Shown here piece by piece: positions 1 through 9,723 of a DNA stretch of 64,000 nucleotides. Source of the DNA: Longimicrobiales bacterium (GTDB lineage: Bacteria > Gemmatimonadota > Gemmatimonadetes > Longimicrobiales > Gaopeijiaceae); assembly GCA_965226375.1 (NCBI GenBank), contig CBDDCX010000005.1:96001-160000 (forward strand). The letters run 5' to 3'. The stretch's first letter is position 1; each line of letters starts with the position of its first letter. Under the pieces are notes generated by a model, which ran no database searches, was not told where the DNA came from, and saw only the letters and a program-made list of their open reading frames with translations. Made by a program: the position numbers and the translations under genes.

Positions 1-1
1 C

Positions 2-1942
2 GTAGTCGGAGGGCTGCTCGTCCTTGCGATCGCAGGTTGTCGCGGTGCGGTTCAGCTCGTTGATAGCGATCATCCGACGGTGTTGGCCCGTCAGCTCATG
101 GAGGGCTCCAGCCCCTCCTCGCGTGGCGACTTCACAGTCCGCACTCTCACATACGGGCACGGGGACGACAAGAACCGTCAGGAATACCGCGACGGCGTCG
201 CGTTCACCACGGAGACGGTGGACGCGTCCAAGCTCATCGACCTGGGGGACCAGGCGAAGTCCCGAAATGGGTACTGGGGCTTTACTCCGAAGGAATGTCC
301 GTTGAACGGGCGCGTGTGGTATCCGGACGGGTCAGGGCCCTTTCCACTCGTTCTCGTGGTGCACGGGAACCACAACATGCGGGACTACTCGGACCCCGGC
401 TACGACTATCTCGGTGAGCTGTTGGCCAGTCGCGGCTATATCCTGGCGTCCATCGACATGAACTTTGTCAACGGTGGAATTCGCCAGGAGAACGATGCCC
501 GGGGATGGCTACTGCTCAAGCACCTCGAGGCCTGGGAGGCGTTCAACGACGATCCCGAGAACCCGTTCTTCGGCAAGGTGGACACGAGCAACCTCGCTCT
601 CATGGGACACTCCAGGGGTGGTGGAGCCGTGGGGCATGCAGCCGCATTCAACCGCCTCAGCCACTACCCGGATGACGCCAATGTGACGTTCGACTTCAAC
701 TTCGACATCAAGGCGATCATCGCCATCGCTCCGGTCGACGGCCAGTACCTTCCGACGGACCGCTTCGTCCCCGTAGAGAACGTCAACTACATGGTGTTCC
801 ACGGGTCCCACGACGGGGACGTCACGAGCTTCCACGGGCTTCGGCTCTACAACCGCGTGCAATTTACAGACGATCTCCCTCACCTGAAGACGGCCATCTT
901 CGTGTATAGGGCGAACCACGGCCAGTGGAACAGTGTGTGGGGTCCTCACGACAACGGACCACGCAGCGGGCGGACTTTGGATCTGCGGCCCCTGCTCGAA
1001 CCGAGCGAGCAACAGGAGTTCGCGAAGATCTACGTGTCGGCCTTCCTCGAGTACTCACTCCGTGGCAACTCGGAATACCTGCCCATCTTCCGTGACCATC
1101 GAGTCGCCGGCGGGTGGCTGCCGAAGACCATGTACGTGACTCGCTTCGAGGACGACAGCTTTCGGTCCCTGGCTACCTTCGAAGAGGACATCGACGTGAC
1201 GACCGGGAGCGCAGCCGGTGTGGAGCTGAGCGGCGACAGCCTGTCCACCTGGAAAGAGAAAGAGCTGGTGTTGCGTTCACGAAATCGACCCACGACTTCG
1301 TCGTCGCAGATGAATCAAGCGTTGTGGTTGGGCTGGAACCGCGAGGTGAAGGGTGCTGAGGAGTTGGGCCGCCCGGCCACCTTCACGATTTCCCTGCCCG
1401 ACACGCTGGGTCGAGCCTGGAGATTGGGAGAGGGCGCCTCCCTGCAGATGGCTCTGACCGCGGTCAGCGACGTGCCGGGGCCGAGGGACGCAGAGGAAGA
1501 CAGCGTCGCGGCGGAAGAGAACGAGGCACGCACTGATCGAGGAGCCGACCAAGGGGGGGGCGACGAGGGAGAGGATGTGGCCGAGAAGGGAGATGAGGAG
1601 CCGGTCGATCTCAGCATCGAGGTCGTGGACTCACAGGGCCGTTCGGCCAAGGTAGCCCTCAGCGCCTATGGCCCCATCCGCCGCCCACTCGAGACACACA
1701 TTCTTCGGCGCGGTGACCTCGAGGAGCAGCAGTTCACTGAGCTCTCGGAAATGGTGCTACAGAGCTACTCGATTCCGCTGTCGGACTTCACACGTCTGCG
1801 TCCTGCACTGGATCTCCGCAGTCTCAGCACAATCCGGTTGGTTTTCGATTTGACCGAGGCGGGGACCGTGGTGGTGGACGATGTGGGCATCGCCTATCTG
1901 GATCCGGCCTATACCTCCGTGAGGGTCGCTCCCCAGCCCTGA
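2..1942 (+). CDS. Alpha/beta-fold hydrolase, probable lipoprotein (5'-partial)
   Basis: The frame is open from base 2 (VVGGLLVLAIAGC, lipobox-like). It has an HGNH oxyanion-region motif, a GHSRGG nucleophile elbow, and HDGDV and ANHGQWN acid/His motifs. Confidence 0.8.
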   Translation, partial: VVGGLLVLAIAGCRGAVQLVDSDHPTVLARQLMEGSSPSSRGDFTVRTLTYGHGDDKNRQEYRDGVAFTTETVDASKLIDLGDQAKSRNGYWGFTPKECPLNGRVWYPDGSGPFPLVLVVHGNHNMRDYSDPGYDYLGELLASRGYILASIDMNFVNGGIRQENDARGWLLLKHLEAWEAFNDDPENPFFGKVDTSNLALMGHSRGGGAVGHAAAFNRLSHYPDDANVTFDFNFDIKAIIAIAPVDGQYLPTDRFVPVENVNYMVFHGSHDGDVTSFHGLRLYNRVQFTDDLPHLKTAIFVYRANHGQWNSVWGPHDNGPRSGRTLDLRPLLEPSEQQEFAKIYVSAFLEYSLRGNSEYLPIFRDHRVAGGWLPKTMYVTRFEDDSFRSLATFEEDIDVTTGSAAGVELSGDSLSTWKEKELVLRSRNRPTTSSSQMNQALWLGWNREVKGAEELGRPATFTISLPDTLGRAWRLGEGASLQMALTAVSDVPGPRDAEEDSVAAEENEARTDRGADQGGGDEGEDVAEKGDEEPVDLSIEVVDSQGRSAKVALSAYGPIRRPLETHILRRGDLEEQQFTELSEMVLQSYSIPLSDFTRLRPALDLRSLSTIRLVFDLTEAGTVVVDDVGIAYLDPAYTSVRVAPQP

Positions 1943-1973
1943 GGATCGACCGAGCAAGAGACGCCCCGCCTCA

Positions 1974-2948
1974 TCAGCGCCAGCTGACGCCGAGCCTGTG
2001 GGCTCCCCCGAAGGAGTCGAAGCCCAGGTAGGCGTACTCGATGCCGAAGGCATCTCCGTGAAACGCGCCGCCAAAGGTGACCTCGTCGGCCGGGCCATCT
2101 GCTATCTGGCGCACGCCGACCCATCCGGTAAAGGTCCGACCCCTGACCGGCCACCATGCTATCTCACCTCCCAAGGCAGGGATCACCGTGCCGTCGGCTT
2201 CCACCGAGAGCGCGGCTGACGCCCCGAGATCGAACGGGCCGACCTGCCATCCCTGGCCCGAGGCGCCTAGAGTCACCCGCCGGGCAAGATCCACCGACGC
2301 TCCGCCCAACCGCAGGTCGGAGCCCAGGTTCTGGGCCGCCAGACCGACCCTCAGGTCGCCTACCTCGACGGCGACGCCGAGATCCGCCGCCAAAGCCAAG
2401 TCCTTGTCTCCACCTAGCCGGTGCTCGATCGTTTTCGCGGCGACTCCCCACTGGAGACCCGCGATCTCCTGGGCGTACCCGACGGTGGCCACGAATTCGG
2501 TCGATCCAGTCGCGCCTCCCGTCAGCAGGTCGGTCTCACCCAACGCCACCTCCGTCCCGGCTGTCGCGTCGGTGGAGTAGCTGAGAGCCTGTAAGCCCAC
2601 GCCTACGTTCCCTTCCCACCAGTCGGTAACGGCCGACAGGACCAGGTAGTTGGATTTGGAGTCGAAAGTCTGACCCTCGAGCCCGAAGCCTGAAGCGTCT
2701 GCGAGAAGTGCGGGGTTGTAAAAAATGGCGTCGCTGCGACCACCCGTGAGCTGAAACGCCCCCCCCATGGCCATGGCGCTGGTACTGGCTGGAAGCTGTA
2801 GAATGACGGGGCCGTCCTCGCGTACCTGACCCATCAAGGGGCCAGTGGCGCTGACGGCAAGAGCGAGGATCAGAGTCGGCACGCGGGCAAGAATCCGCGC
2901 TCGGATAGGGACGGTCGGGGTCCATCTGCCGATCTTGGGTCTCAGCAT
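1974..2948 (-). CDS. PorV/PorQ-like outer-membrane beta-barrel protein
   Basis: Signal peptide-like N-terminus, AMAMGGA...DAIFYNPA motif, amphipathic strands and C-terminal HRLGVSW. The start codon is uncertain. Confidence 0.6.
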   Translation of the reverse strand: MLRPKIGRWTPTVPIRARILARVPTLILALAVSATGPLMGQVREDGPVILQLPASTSAMAMGGAFQLTGGRSDAIFYNPALLADASGFGLEGQTFDSKSNYLVLSAVTDWWEGNVGVGLQALSYSTDATAGTEVALGETDLLTGGATGSTEFVATVGYAQEIAGLQWGVAAKTIEHRLGGDKDLALAADLGVAVEVGDLRVGLAAQNLGSDLRLGGASVDLARRVTLGASGQGWQVGPFDLGASAALSVEADGTVIPALGGEIAWWPVRGRTFTGWVGVRQIADGPADEVTFGGAFHGDAFGIEYAYLGFDSFGGAHRLGVSWR

Positions 2949-2953
2949 ATACG

Positions 2954-3163
2954 CTATATCGCTTTCGGTTGGTCCAGGACGAGGCTCTTCTGGCACGATC
3001 CGCAGGTCAGCCAGACCCGGTGTCGAACGTATGATACGTCCGCCCGCGGTGGTATTTCGGTGCGATCAAGGCGCGTCGAACAGCCGGGGCACATCGGGAC
3101 GACCCCCGACGCCAGGTCGTTCTGGATCTGAGTGCGCTCAGCCGGCTCGAAGTTGTTGCTCAT
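2954..3163 (-). CDS. Small zinc-ribbon protein (69 aa)
   Basis: CPGC...CGSC cysteine pairs; ATG at 3163. Confidence 0.65.
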   Translation of the reverse strand: MSNNFEPAERTQIQNDLASGVVPMCPGCSTRLDRTEIPPRADVSYVRHRVWLTCGSCQKSLVLDQPKAI

Positions 3164-3389
3164 CACCCCATGGTTCGGTGGATCTCGGCGCAGGCCTGAC
3201 CAGTGATCAGGCGCATATGACGCCCATGGATAGGATGGACGCAAGGCTCGGCCTCAACCTTATTGGGTAGATGGGGGTCATCTAGTACGTGATGGCCGCA
3301 GGTGCGAGGGCGTAGAACTCACACGTGGCCTCTCCATTCGATATCTTTCATGGCTCAACTGTGACCCATTTCGTCCGTAGCGAAATCAT

Positions 3390-5782
3390 ATGATTCCCGT
3401 ACTGTTCGCCATCCTCCAGATCAGCACCGCGTCGGCTTCGTCCGAGGTGGTCTCGTCTCGCACGGCCGCGCCCGAGTACGACGGCTCAGCGGGGCAGACG
3501 CAGATTGTCACCCCGCGTTTTGTGAACCCGGACGTGAGTGTAGACGGCCGGATCGACGAGTCGATCTGGGATGCCGCACCCGTCCTGACCGGCTTCACAC
3601 AATATGACCCGTCCGAGGGAATTCCCGCCTCGCAGAGAACCGAGGTGCGCGTCTTCGTGACCGATGCCGCGGTCTATTTTGCGATAAAGGCCTTCGATTC
3701 GGATCCGGCCGGCATGCGCGCGACGATGACCGAGCGCGACGAGGTCACACGCTCTAACGACTACGTTCGAGTGATTCTCGACACCTTCAACGATCAGCGG
3801 CGGGCCTATGCCTTCTCCGTGAACCCGTTCGGAGTCCAGCAGGACGGAATCTGGCTAGAAGGTGGAAGCGGTGGCCGAGGAGGACGGCATGGAGGCGGCG
3901 GAGGCGGTGGTGGATTCAACCGCCCGCCCATCGATGATAACCCCGACTTCATTTGGGAGTCTGTAGGACGCCTCACCGACCAGGGGTACGAGGTCGAGTT
4001 GAGGATTCCATTCAAGAGTCTGCGCTTCGCGGAACTCCCGGTACAGTCCTGGGGGGTCCAGGTGACCCGCCGGATCCAGCGTAACGGCTACCAAGAGTCC
4101 TGGGCGCCCAGTTTCGCGAATCAGCCCAACAAGCTCCTGGAGGCCGGTCGACTTCTGGAACTCCGGGACCTCGATCCGGGGCTCTTCATGGAGATCAATC
4201 CCGTGATGACGGGCAGTCTGGACGGCGCCCTGGATGCCAACGACGACTTCCTCCGCGGTGATCCGAACGGAGAATTCGGCGTCAATCTGACGTATGGCAT
4301 TACGTCGAACCTCACCCTCGACGGGACGGTCAACCCGGATTTCAGTCAGGTCGAGGCCGATGCCGGGCAGATCGCGGTGAACGAACGGTTCGCCTTGTTC
4401 TACCCGGAGAAGCGCCCGTTCTTCCTCGAAGGGACCGAGATCTTCGGACTGCCCCGGCAACTGGTCTTCACTCGAACCATTGTCGACCCGATGACGGGAG
4501 CGAAGCTCACCGGAAAGGTGGGAGGCGCCAGCCTGGGGTATCTGGGTGCGGTGGACGAGGCCGGCGATGACGGGGATACCTACGTCAACCTGATGCGACT
4601 TCGGCAGGACCTCGGGGCGGCGTCCACTGTGGGGGCTATCTACACGGATCGGACCAGGAGTAGCGCGGATTTCAACCGGGTCACCGGTTTGGACGGTCGC
4701 TTTGTGATGGCGCGGCGTTATACGCTGCAGGTCCAGGGGGCGGGAAGCTGGGACCGGGACCCCGGCGGCTCGACCACCACCGGTGGTCTGTTCTATGCCC
4801 AGTTGGCGAGGGCCGGGCGGGGTCTGACCTTCAGCGCCCTCTTTGAGGACCTGAGTACGGATTTCAAGCCGGAGAGCGGGTTCATCCGACGCCTTGGCGA
4901 AGCCCACACGCAGACCCAGGCTTCGTATAGCTGGTACGGTGGGCGCGGAGCTTTCGTGGAGCGATGGGGCCCCAGCCTGGATGTGCAAGCATACTGGGAC
5001 CACGACTCGTTCTGGGAGGGAAACCGCTGGAACGAGGCAGAGGCCCGACTCACGATGAGCCTTTCCCTGCGTAACAACCTCAGTGTTTGGCTCACGGTCA
5101 GGAGGTCGGAGTCTCCTCGCCGGTCGAAGACTATGAGGGACTCGTGACTCGGCCGGGGGGTGTGCCACAGTCATTTCTCCCGGATGACGACCAGTTCAAG
5201 GGGCTGAACAGCTTCAACGTCTTCATGTTCGCCAGCGGCTGGGAGAGGCTGCGAGGCCGGATCAGCGCCGACTTCAAGGAAGTGCCGATCTTCTACAGAA
5301 GCACCGGTGCCCCTGTGGACGTAGCAGACAGTTGGGGTGGAGAAGTGAGTCTGACCTTGCTCCCCACGCGCTTCCTGTCCGTGGAAATGGCGGTGCGGAA
5401 TGCCGTACTAAATCGCCAGTTGGACGGGTCCCAGTATTCCCGTGCGACTATTCCCCGGATCAAGGCTCAGTATCAGTTCACGCGAGCCTTCTTCCTGAGG
5501 GGCACCTTGGAGTACGCCAGCGCTGAGCTCGGGGAGCTCCGAGACCCTGAGACCGGCCTACCGATCGAGTCGTGTGATGAAGACGGGTGCGAACTGCTCG
5601 AAGGGTCTTCTGATAACGGAATCCTGCTCGAGGGACTCATGTCGTACGAGCCTTCACCGGGCACGGTGTTCTTCTTCGGCTACACACGACAGATGGAAGA
5701 CGCCAGTCGCTTCGGGTTCGACGACGTCCAGCCTACAGCGGATGGCTTGTTCGCGAAGCTCAGCTACCGGTTCCGCATGTAG
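3390..5782 (+). CDS. CBM9-like domain + DUF5916 outer-membrane protein (one frameshift near 5110)
   Basis: VDGRIDE..W N-terminal domain and NPDFSQVEAD...FYPEKRPFFLE motif. ORF 5087..5782 supplies the C-terminus (FAKLSYRF); adding one T near 5112 joins the frames. Confidence 0.8.
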
Positions 5783-5891
5783 GAGCCTGCGCGGGCGATC
5801 GCGAGGGCCGGTGCGGCGGTGCCTGCAGACGCGGGGCCTGCGGTAGTCGAAGGGGTGGGTCGAGTGGGGTGATTCGGCCCGTCAGCGGACG

Positions 5892-5920
5892 TTGCTCGCC
5901 CTGACAGGGCGTGCTATGGT
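5892..5920 (+). promoter_or_regulatory. Putative sigma70 promoter of infA
   Basis: TTGCTC-N17-TATGGT with an extended -10 TG; a perfect dyad CGCCCTG-A-CAGGGCG covers the spacer. Confidence 0.5.
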
Positions 5921-5956
5921 CCAGTGCTGTAATCAATTAACCGGATGTGAGGCGGA

Positions 5957-6172
5957 GTGGCGAAAGAAGCGATCGAGATCGAAGGGACCGTCAGTGAGGT
6001 CCTCCCGAACGCCAAGTTCAGAGTAGAGTTGGAGAACGGGTACGAGATACTGGCGTATCTCTCGGGCAAGATGAGGCAGCACTACATCCGCGTCCTCGAG
6101 GGCGATCGGGTCAAGGTCGAGATGTCACCCTACGACCTCAGCAAGGGCCGTGTGACCTACCGGTACAAGTAA
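5957..6172 (+). CDS. infA: Translation initiation factor IF-1
   Basis: [28 protein letters not shown]...SGKMR...[21 protein letters not shown], 71 aa. Confidence 0.98.
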   Translation: MAKEAIEIEGTVSEVLPNAKFRVELENGYEILAYLSGKMRQHYIRVLEGDRVKVEMSPYDLSKGRVTYRYK

Positions 6173-6195
6173 GCCTTGAACCGGTCAGCGCGCCT

Positions 6196-7111
6196 TTAGG
6201 CCTCGGCGTATTTCCGTAATTGGTCCACCTGTTTCGGCTGTCCGAGCACGATCATCTCGTCACCCGGCTCCAGTCGTGTATTCGCAACTGGGTTGAACAC
6301 GAACTGATGGGTCTCGTCCGTCTGCTTTCTCACGGCGATGACGATCAAGCCTGTTTCCTGAGGATCTGCGCCTCCATGAGGGTGAGGCCCGCCAGCTTAG
6401 AGTCGGACTGGATGGCAGCCTGCTCGAATCGGAGCTCCAACCCGTCTGATCGGGTTGCGATGTCCAGGAACGCGACCACCTCCGGGCGGAGGAGCATGGA
6501 GGCCATGCGAATGGCTCCGCCGACGTTGGGGCTCACCACGTGGTCGGCGCCTGCCCGGTAGAGCTTGTCCAGAGCTGCCTCTTCCAGCACGCGTGCCACG
6601 ATGGTCAGGTCCGGGCTTCAGATGTCTGGCGGAGAGGCACACGAATACATTCTCCGTATCCGCGCTCAAGCAGGTCAGCAGGTCAGCAGGTCAGCAGGCC
6701 GCGGGCCCGGAAGTCCTGCCCCAGGGACATCAGCTCCTCCATGACCTGTCGCCCCGTCCGTCCGCCCCCGCAAAGGACGATGTGGTTCTGCAAAGCCTCT
6801 ATGCTGCGCATGATCCTGTGTCTCCTTCTGACGTCACTCAGATCGAACTCGACGATGAGCGAGGTGATGAGGGCGAACCAAATGCCTACACCGGTAATGC
6901 CGGCCGCCAGCAGGACCATGGTGAAGTCCCGACCGAGCTGAGAGAGGGGCAGTACCTCAGAGAAGCCCACGGCCGTGATCGTGATCACGCTCATGTAGAG
7001 TGCGTCGTGGATGCCCCACCCCTCTATGAGAGTGTAGCCGAGGACTCCCACCAGGGTGAGCCCGACCAAGTAGGCCAGTGCTCCCAGGAAGCGTGGGACG
7101 AACACACGCAT
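6196..7111 (-). pseudogene. Potassium channel with TrkA-N/TrkA-C (RCK) domains, disrupted or mis-assembled
   Basis: Pore TITAVGFSE, HIVLCGGGRTG Rossmann motif, RAGADHVVSP and a TrkA-C tail (FNPVANTRLEPGDEMIVLG) lie in different frames. There is an internal deletion and an 8-bp repeat expansion. Confidence 0.8.
6669..6697. repeat. Tandem 8-bp repeat (GTCAGCAG x3 plus a partial copy)
   Basis: agcag-gtcagcag-gtcagcag-gtcagcag; a single copy would read GLLTCLSADTEN in frame. Confidence 0.9.
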
Positions 7112-7207
7112 CGCTCAGTAGCCTCCTGAAGAGGGGTCAGAGGTCCGATCCACGTACGAATGCCATGAGAAGCTAGGCAGGATGCGGGTTTTCGGCCAAT
7201 TTTCTCC

Positions 7208-7236
7208 TTGACGCCCCGTTGGGAGGGCCTTACCGT
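7208..7236 (+). promoter_or_regulatory. Putative sigma70 promoter of hup
   Basis: TTGACG-N17-TACCGT, about 150 nt upstream of the HU start codon. Confidence 0.55.
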
Positions 7237-7390
7237 AGACCAGACCGAAGCTCGCCGAAGTGAGTCGCGGCCCGTTTGTCCCGGATTGCTTGCGCGAAAG
7301 GCCCGAGGCGCGAGGATCCCGTTCGGGGCTCGTTGAAGGCCAGCAGAGGCCGCGATCCGCATCTCATCACATTATTTGAGGAGAACCGCA

Positions 7391-7672
7391 ATGAACAAAT
7401 CCGATCTGGTAGACGCCCTTGCCGACCGCGCCGGCATGACCAAGGCTGACGCCGCTCGGGCCATGGACGCACTCTTCGGCTCAAACGGCATCGTTGCCGG
7501 TGCGCTGCGGATGGAACAACGCGTCCAGATCACCGGCTTTGGCACGTTCGAGGCTAAGCACCGCAAGGCCCGCATGGGCCGGAACCCTCGCACAGGCGCT
7601 ACAATTCACATTCCGGCTTCCAAGACCCCCGGCTTCCGTGCCGGTAAGGGTTTCAAAGACGCCATTCAGTAA
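7391..7672 (+). CDS. hup: DNA-binding protein HU
   Basis: MNKSDLVDALA...VQITGFGTFE...ARMGRNPRTG...PGFRAGK; GAGGAG RBS upstream. Confidence 0.96.
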   Translation: MNKSDLVDALADRAGMTKADAARAMDALFGSNGIVAGALRMEQRVQITGFGTFEAKHRKARMGRNPRTGATIHIPASKTPGFRAGKGFKDAIQ

Positions 7673-7719
7673 GAACGGCCCAGGCGGGATAGCCCCCCTG
7701 AGGATGATAAGGATCGGAT

Positions 7720-7766
7720 AGAGGCCACGCCCCGACGCGGTCAGGGGGGCGTGGCCTCTTCTATTA
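7720..7766. terminator. Hairpin terminator between convergent genes
   Basis: AGAGGCCACGCCCC / GGGGCGTGGCCTCT 14-bp stem followed by TCTATTA. Confidence 0.8.
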
Positions 7767-9368
7767 TCAGCGCCGTGGGTCTTCGGATCTGCGGGGGCGG
7801 GGACGTGTCCCCCCTCGATTTTGGGGTTTGCTACCCTTGCTTCCAGATCCGCGATCGTAGTCCACCCGCGTGCTACGCCCCCGGATACTCAGTCCGTTGA
7901 CGGCCTTGATGACCTTCTCGGCCTCTGAGGGCCGGACCTCCACCAACGAGAACGTCTCGCGGATCTCGATTTTCCCGAACAGAGAACCGTCGACACCGGA
8001 CTCGCCCGCCAGGGTTCCCAAGAGGCTGCCCGGATTCACGCCCTCCATCTCCCCGACGCTGACGAAGAGACGGGTCCAGCCGTCGGTTCCGGTGGCTTTC
8101 TCGGCCCTGGCTTTCGCGGCCGGGTGGCTTTCGGCGGCCGTGCCCGTCGGCTTCGACAGAAGAGCCAGGGCGGCGGCGGCGAGTTCCTGAGGGCTGAATC
8201 GTTCCAGGAGCGGCTCGAGAATCAGAAAGTGAGGCGCGAGATCTTCACGCTTCGCCGTATCCGCCAACCGCTGACGTATCTCGCCGATGCGGCCCTCCAC
8301 CACCGAGGGCGGTGGTGGCAGGGGGCGGACCCCGTAACCCGCTCGACGAGCCGTATCTCGAAAATGTGGGACTTCTCTAGAGACCAGAACGACCGTACCC
8401 TCGCCGCCGCCGCCGTGACGCCGATCCAGGGTGTCCATGTCCGGCGGACAGTCCAGACTGACGATACTCACGCCGTCCCTCGAGGTGAGGGCCGCTAACG
8501 CTTCACGTGCCTGTAGCGGTGCTACCGACAACCAGAGAGGAACCGATTCGTCGCCGGGTTCCCCCGCCATATATCCGTGCAAGGCCAGGAAATCCGCCAC
8601 GTCCGCGACGCGGTCCTCAGAGCGGCAATATACGAGTACGTGTCGAGCCTCATCCGCGAAGAGTTCGGCCACGAGATTGAGGAAACCCTCCACCTTGTCT
8701 TCAGGAGTGATCCGGAAGCGCAACTCTCCCCTCGAGGGCGACTTGGCTACCGGCTCGTCAGAGATCGGGCGGGGTGGAACCTGCACCGCTTTGGGTACCT
8801 GTGCTGAGACGAGCGACTCCACAGCGTCCGTAATCGGAAGGCTGAGGACGATTCGCTGGGTCCCGGTCGCCAGATACTCGAACAGCGCGCATACCGATTC
8901 CAACCCGGAGCCGGCCTCGATGGCGCTGGCTCCGTCTACGACCACGCTCCGGACACCTTCCAAGGTGAGCTGCGAGCCGTCCACCAGAGCGCGAATGTCT
9001 TGGGCGGTGCCGAAGAGGATGTCCGACCGCTCTGGAAGCGCCCACGTACCGCCGAGCGCAGCGACCGTATGCCCTGTGGCCAGGGCGAGCCGTCCCAGGG
9101 ATTCGGCGAGAGCTGTGGCGGCTTCGCTCGTGGCGGTAAGGACCACCGCTCCGGGTCGTTCGGCCCCGCTCTCGACGCTTTCGAGGAGAGCCGCGCCATA
9201 ACAGACGAGGGTGCCGGCTCCGGGTCCTGCGGCCGCGAGCATGTTGTTGCCCCGGCGCATGACGGGAACGGCCGCGCGTTGAAACTCCGTAGGCTCCTCG
9301 AGCCCCTCGGCCGCCAGAGCCTCGACGAGCTCAGGAGCGATGTCGAGATCTTCGAAGGAGTGGCTCAC
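7767..9368 (-). CDS. Degenerate DEAD-box (DeaD/CsdA-like) protein with C-terminal DbpA RNA-binding domain
   Basis: The Q motif is retained, but Walker A reads AGPGAGTL and motif II reads DGAS. C-terminal RLFVSVG...GKIEIRETFSLVEV is DbpA-RBD-like. Confidence 0.8.
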   Translation of the reverse strand: MSHSFEDLDIAPELVEALAAEGLEEPTEFQRAAVPVMRRGNNMLAAAGPGAGTLVCYGAALLESVESGAERPGAVVLTATSEAATALAESLGRLALATGHTVAALGGTWALPERSDILFGTAQDIRALVDGSQLTLEGVRSVVVDGASAIEAGSGLESVCALFEYLATGTQRIVLSLPITDAVESLVSAQVPKAVQVPPRPISDEPVAKSPSRGELRFRITPEDKVEGFLNLVAELFADEARHVLVYCRSEDRVADVADFLALHGYMAGEPGDESVPLWLSVAPLQAREALAALTSRDGVSIVSLDCPPDMDTLDRRHGGGGEGTVVLVSREVPHFRDTARRAGYGVRPLPPPPSVVEGRIGEIRQRLADTAKREDLAPHFLILEPLLERFSPQELAAAALALLSKPTGTAAESHPAAKARAEKATGTDGWTRLFVSVGEMEGVNPGSLLGTLAGESGVDGSLFGKIEIRETFSLVEVRPSEAEKVIKAVNGLSIRGRSTRVDYDRGSGSKGSKPQNRGGTRPRPRRSEDPRR

Positions 9369-9667
9369 GAGGGGTTCCCGGATCCCCGCCCGCCGGCGTC
9401 GCCAGGCTCGTACGGAAGCTCGGTCAGGAACTTCTGAATCTCGTAGTCCATGCGAGACGTGCGCACGCGATCACTCGACGCGACCACGTCGGTATAGGGG
9501 CCGTGTCGGTGGGCGGAGAGCGTCACCGTGCCCTCTCCTCCCGTGTACGTAGCGCTGTGGGTCGAGCTCTTCGACTTGGCCAGGCCGATCCACTCCGGAA
9601 GCAGCTCCTCCGCCTTCGCAAGAACCTCCGCCGGCGAGAGGGCCGTCTTGCGCTGATATCCTGCCAT
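9365..9667 (-). CDS. Hypothetical protein (100 aa)
   Basis: AGAAGGA RBS before the ATG; its stop codon overlaps the next GTG start. Confidence 0.7.
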   Translation of the reverse strand: MAGYQRKTALSPAEVLAKAEELLPEWIGLAKSKSSTHSATYTGGEGTVTLSAHRHGPYTDVVASSDRVRTSRMDYEIQKFLTELPYEPGDAGGRGSGNPS

Positions 9668-9723
9668 GGGATGTCCTTCTGTGTCGACTGGTGCGGTGCC
9701 TACTATACGGCGCGGAACGTCAC

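Noticed and set aside
3860..3915. Gly-rich GGC/GGA tract in the DUF5916 gene
   Set aside because: In-frame low-complexity loop with mixed codons, not a contingency repeat.
5087..5147. Programmed ribosomal frameshifting at this and the other split genes
   Set aside because: No slippery heptamers or stimulatory structures; the pattern fits sequencing indels.
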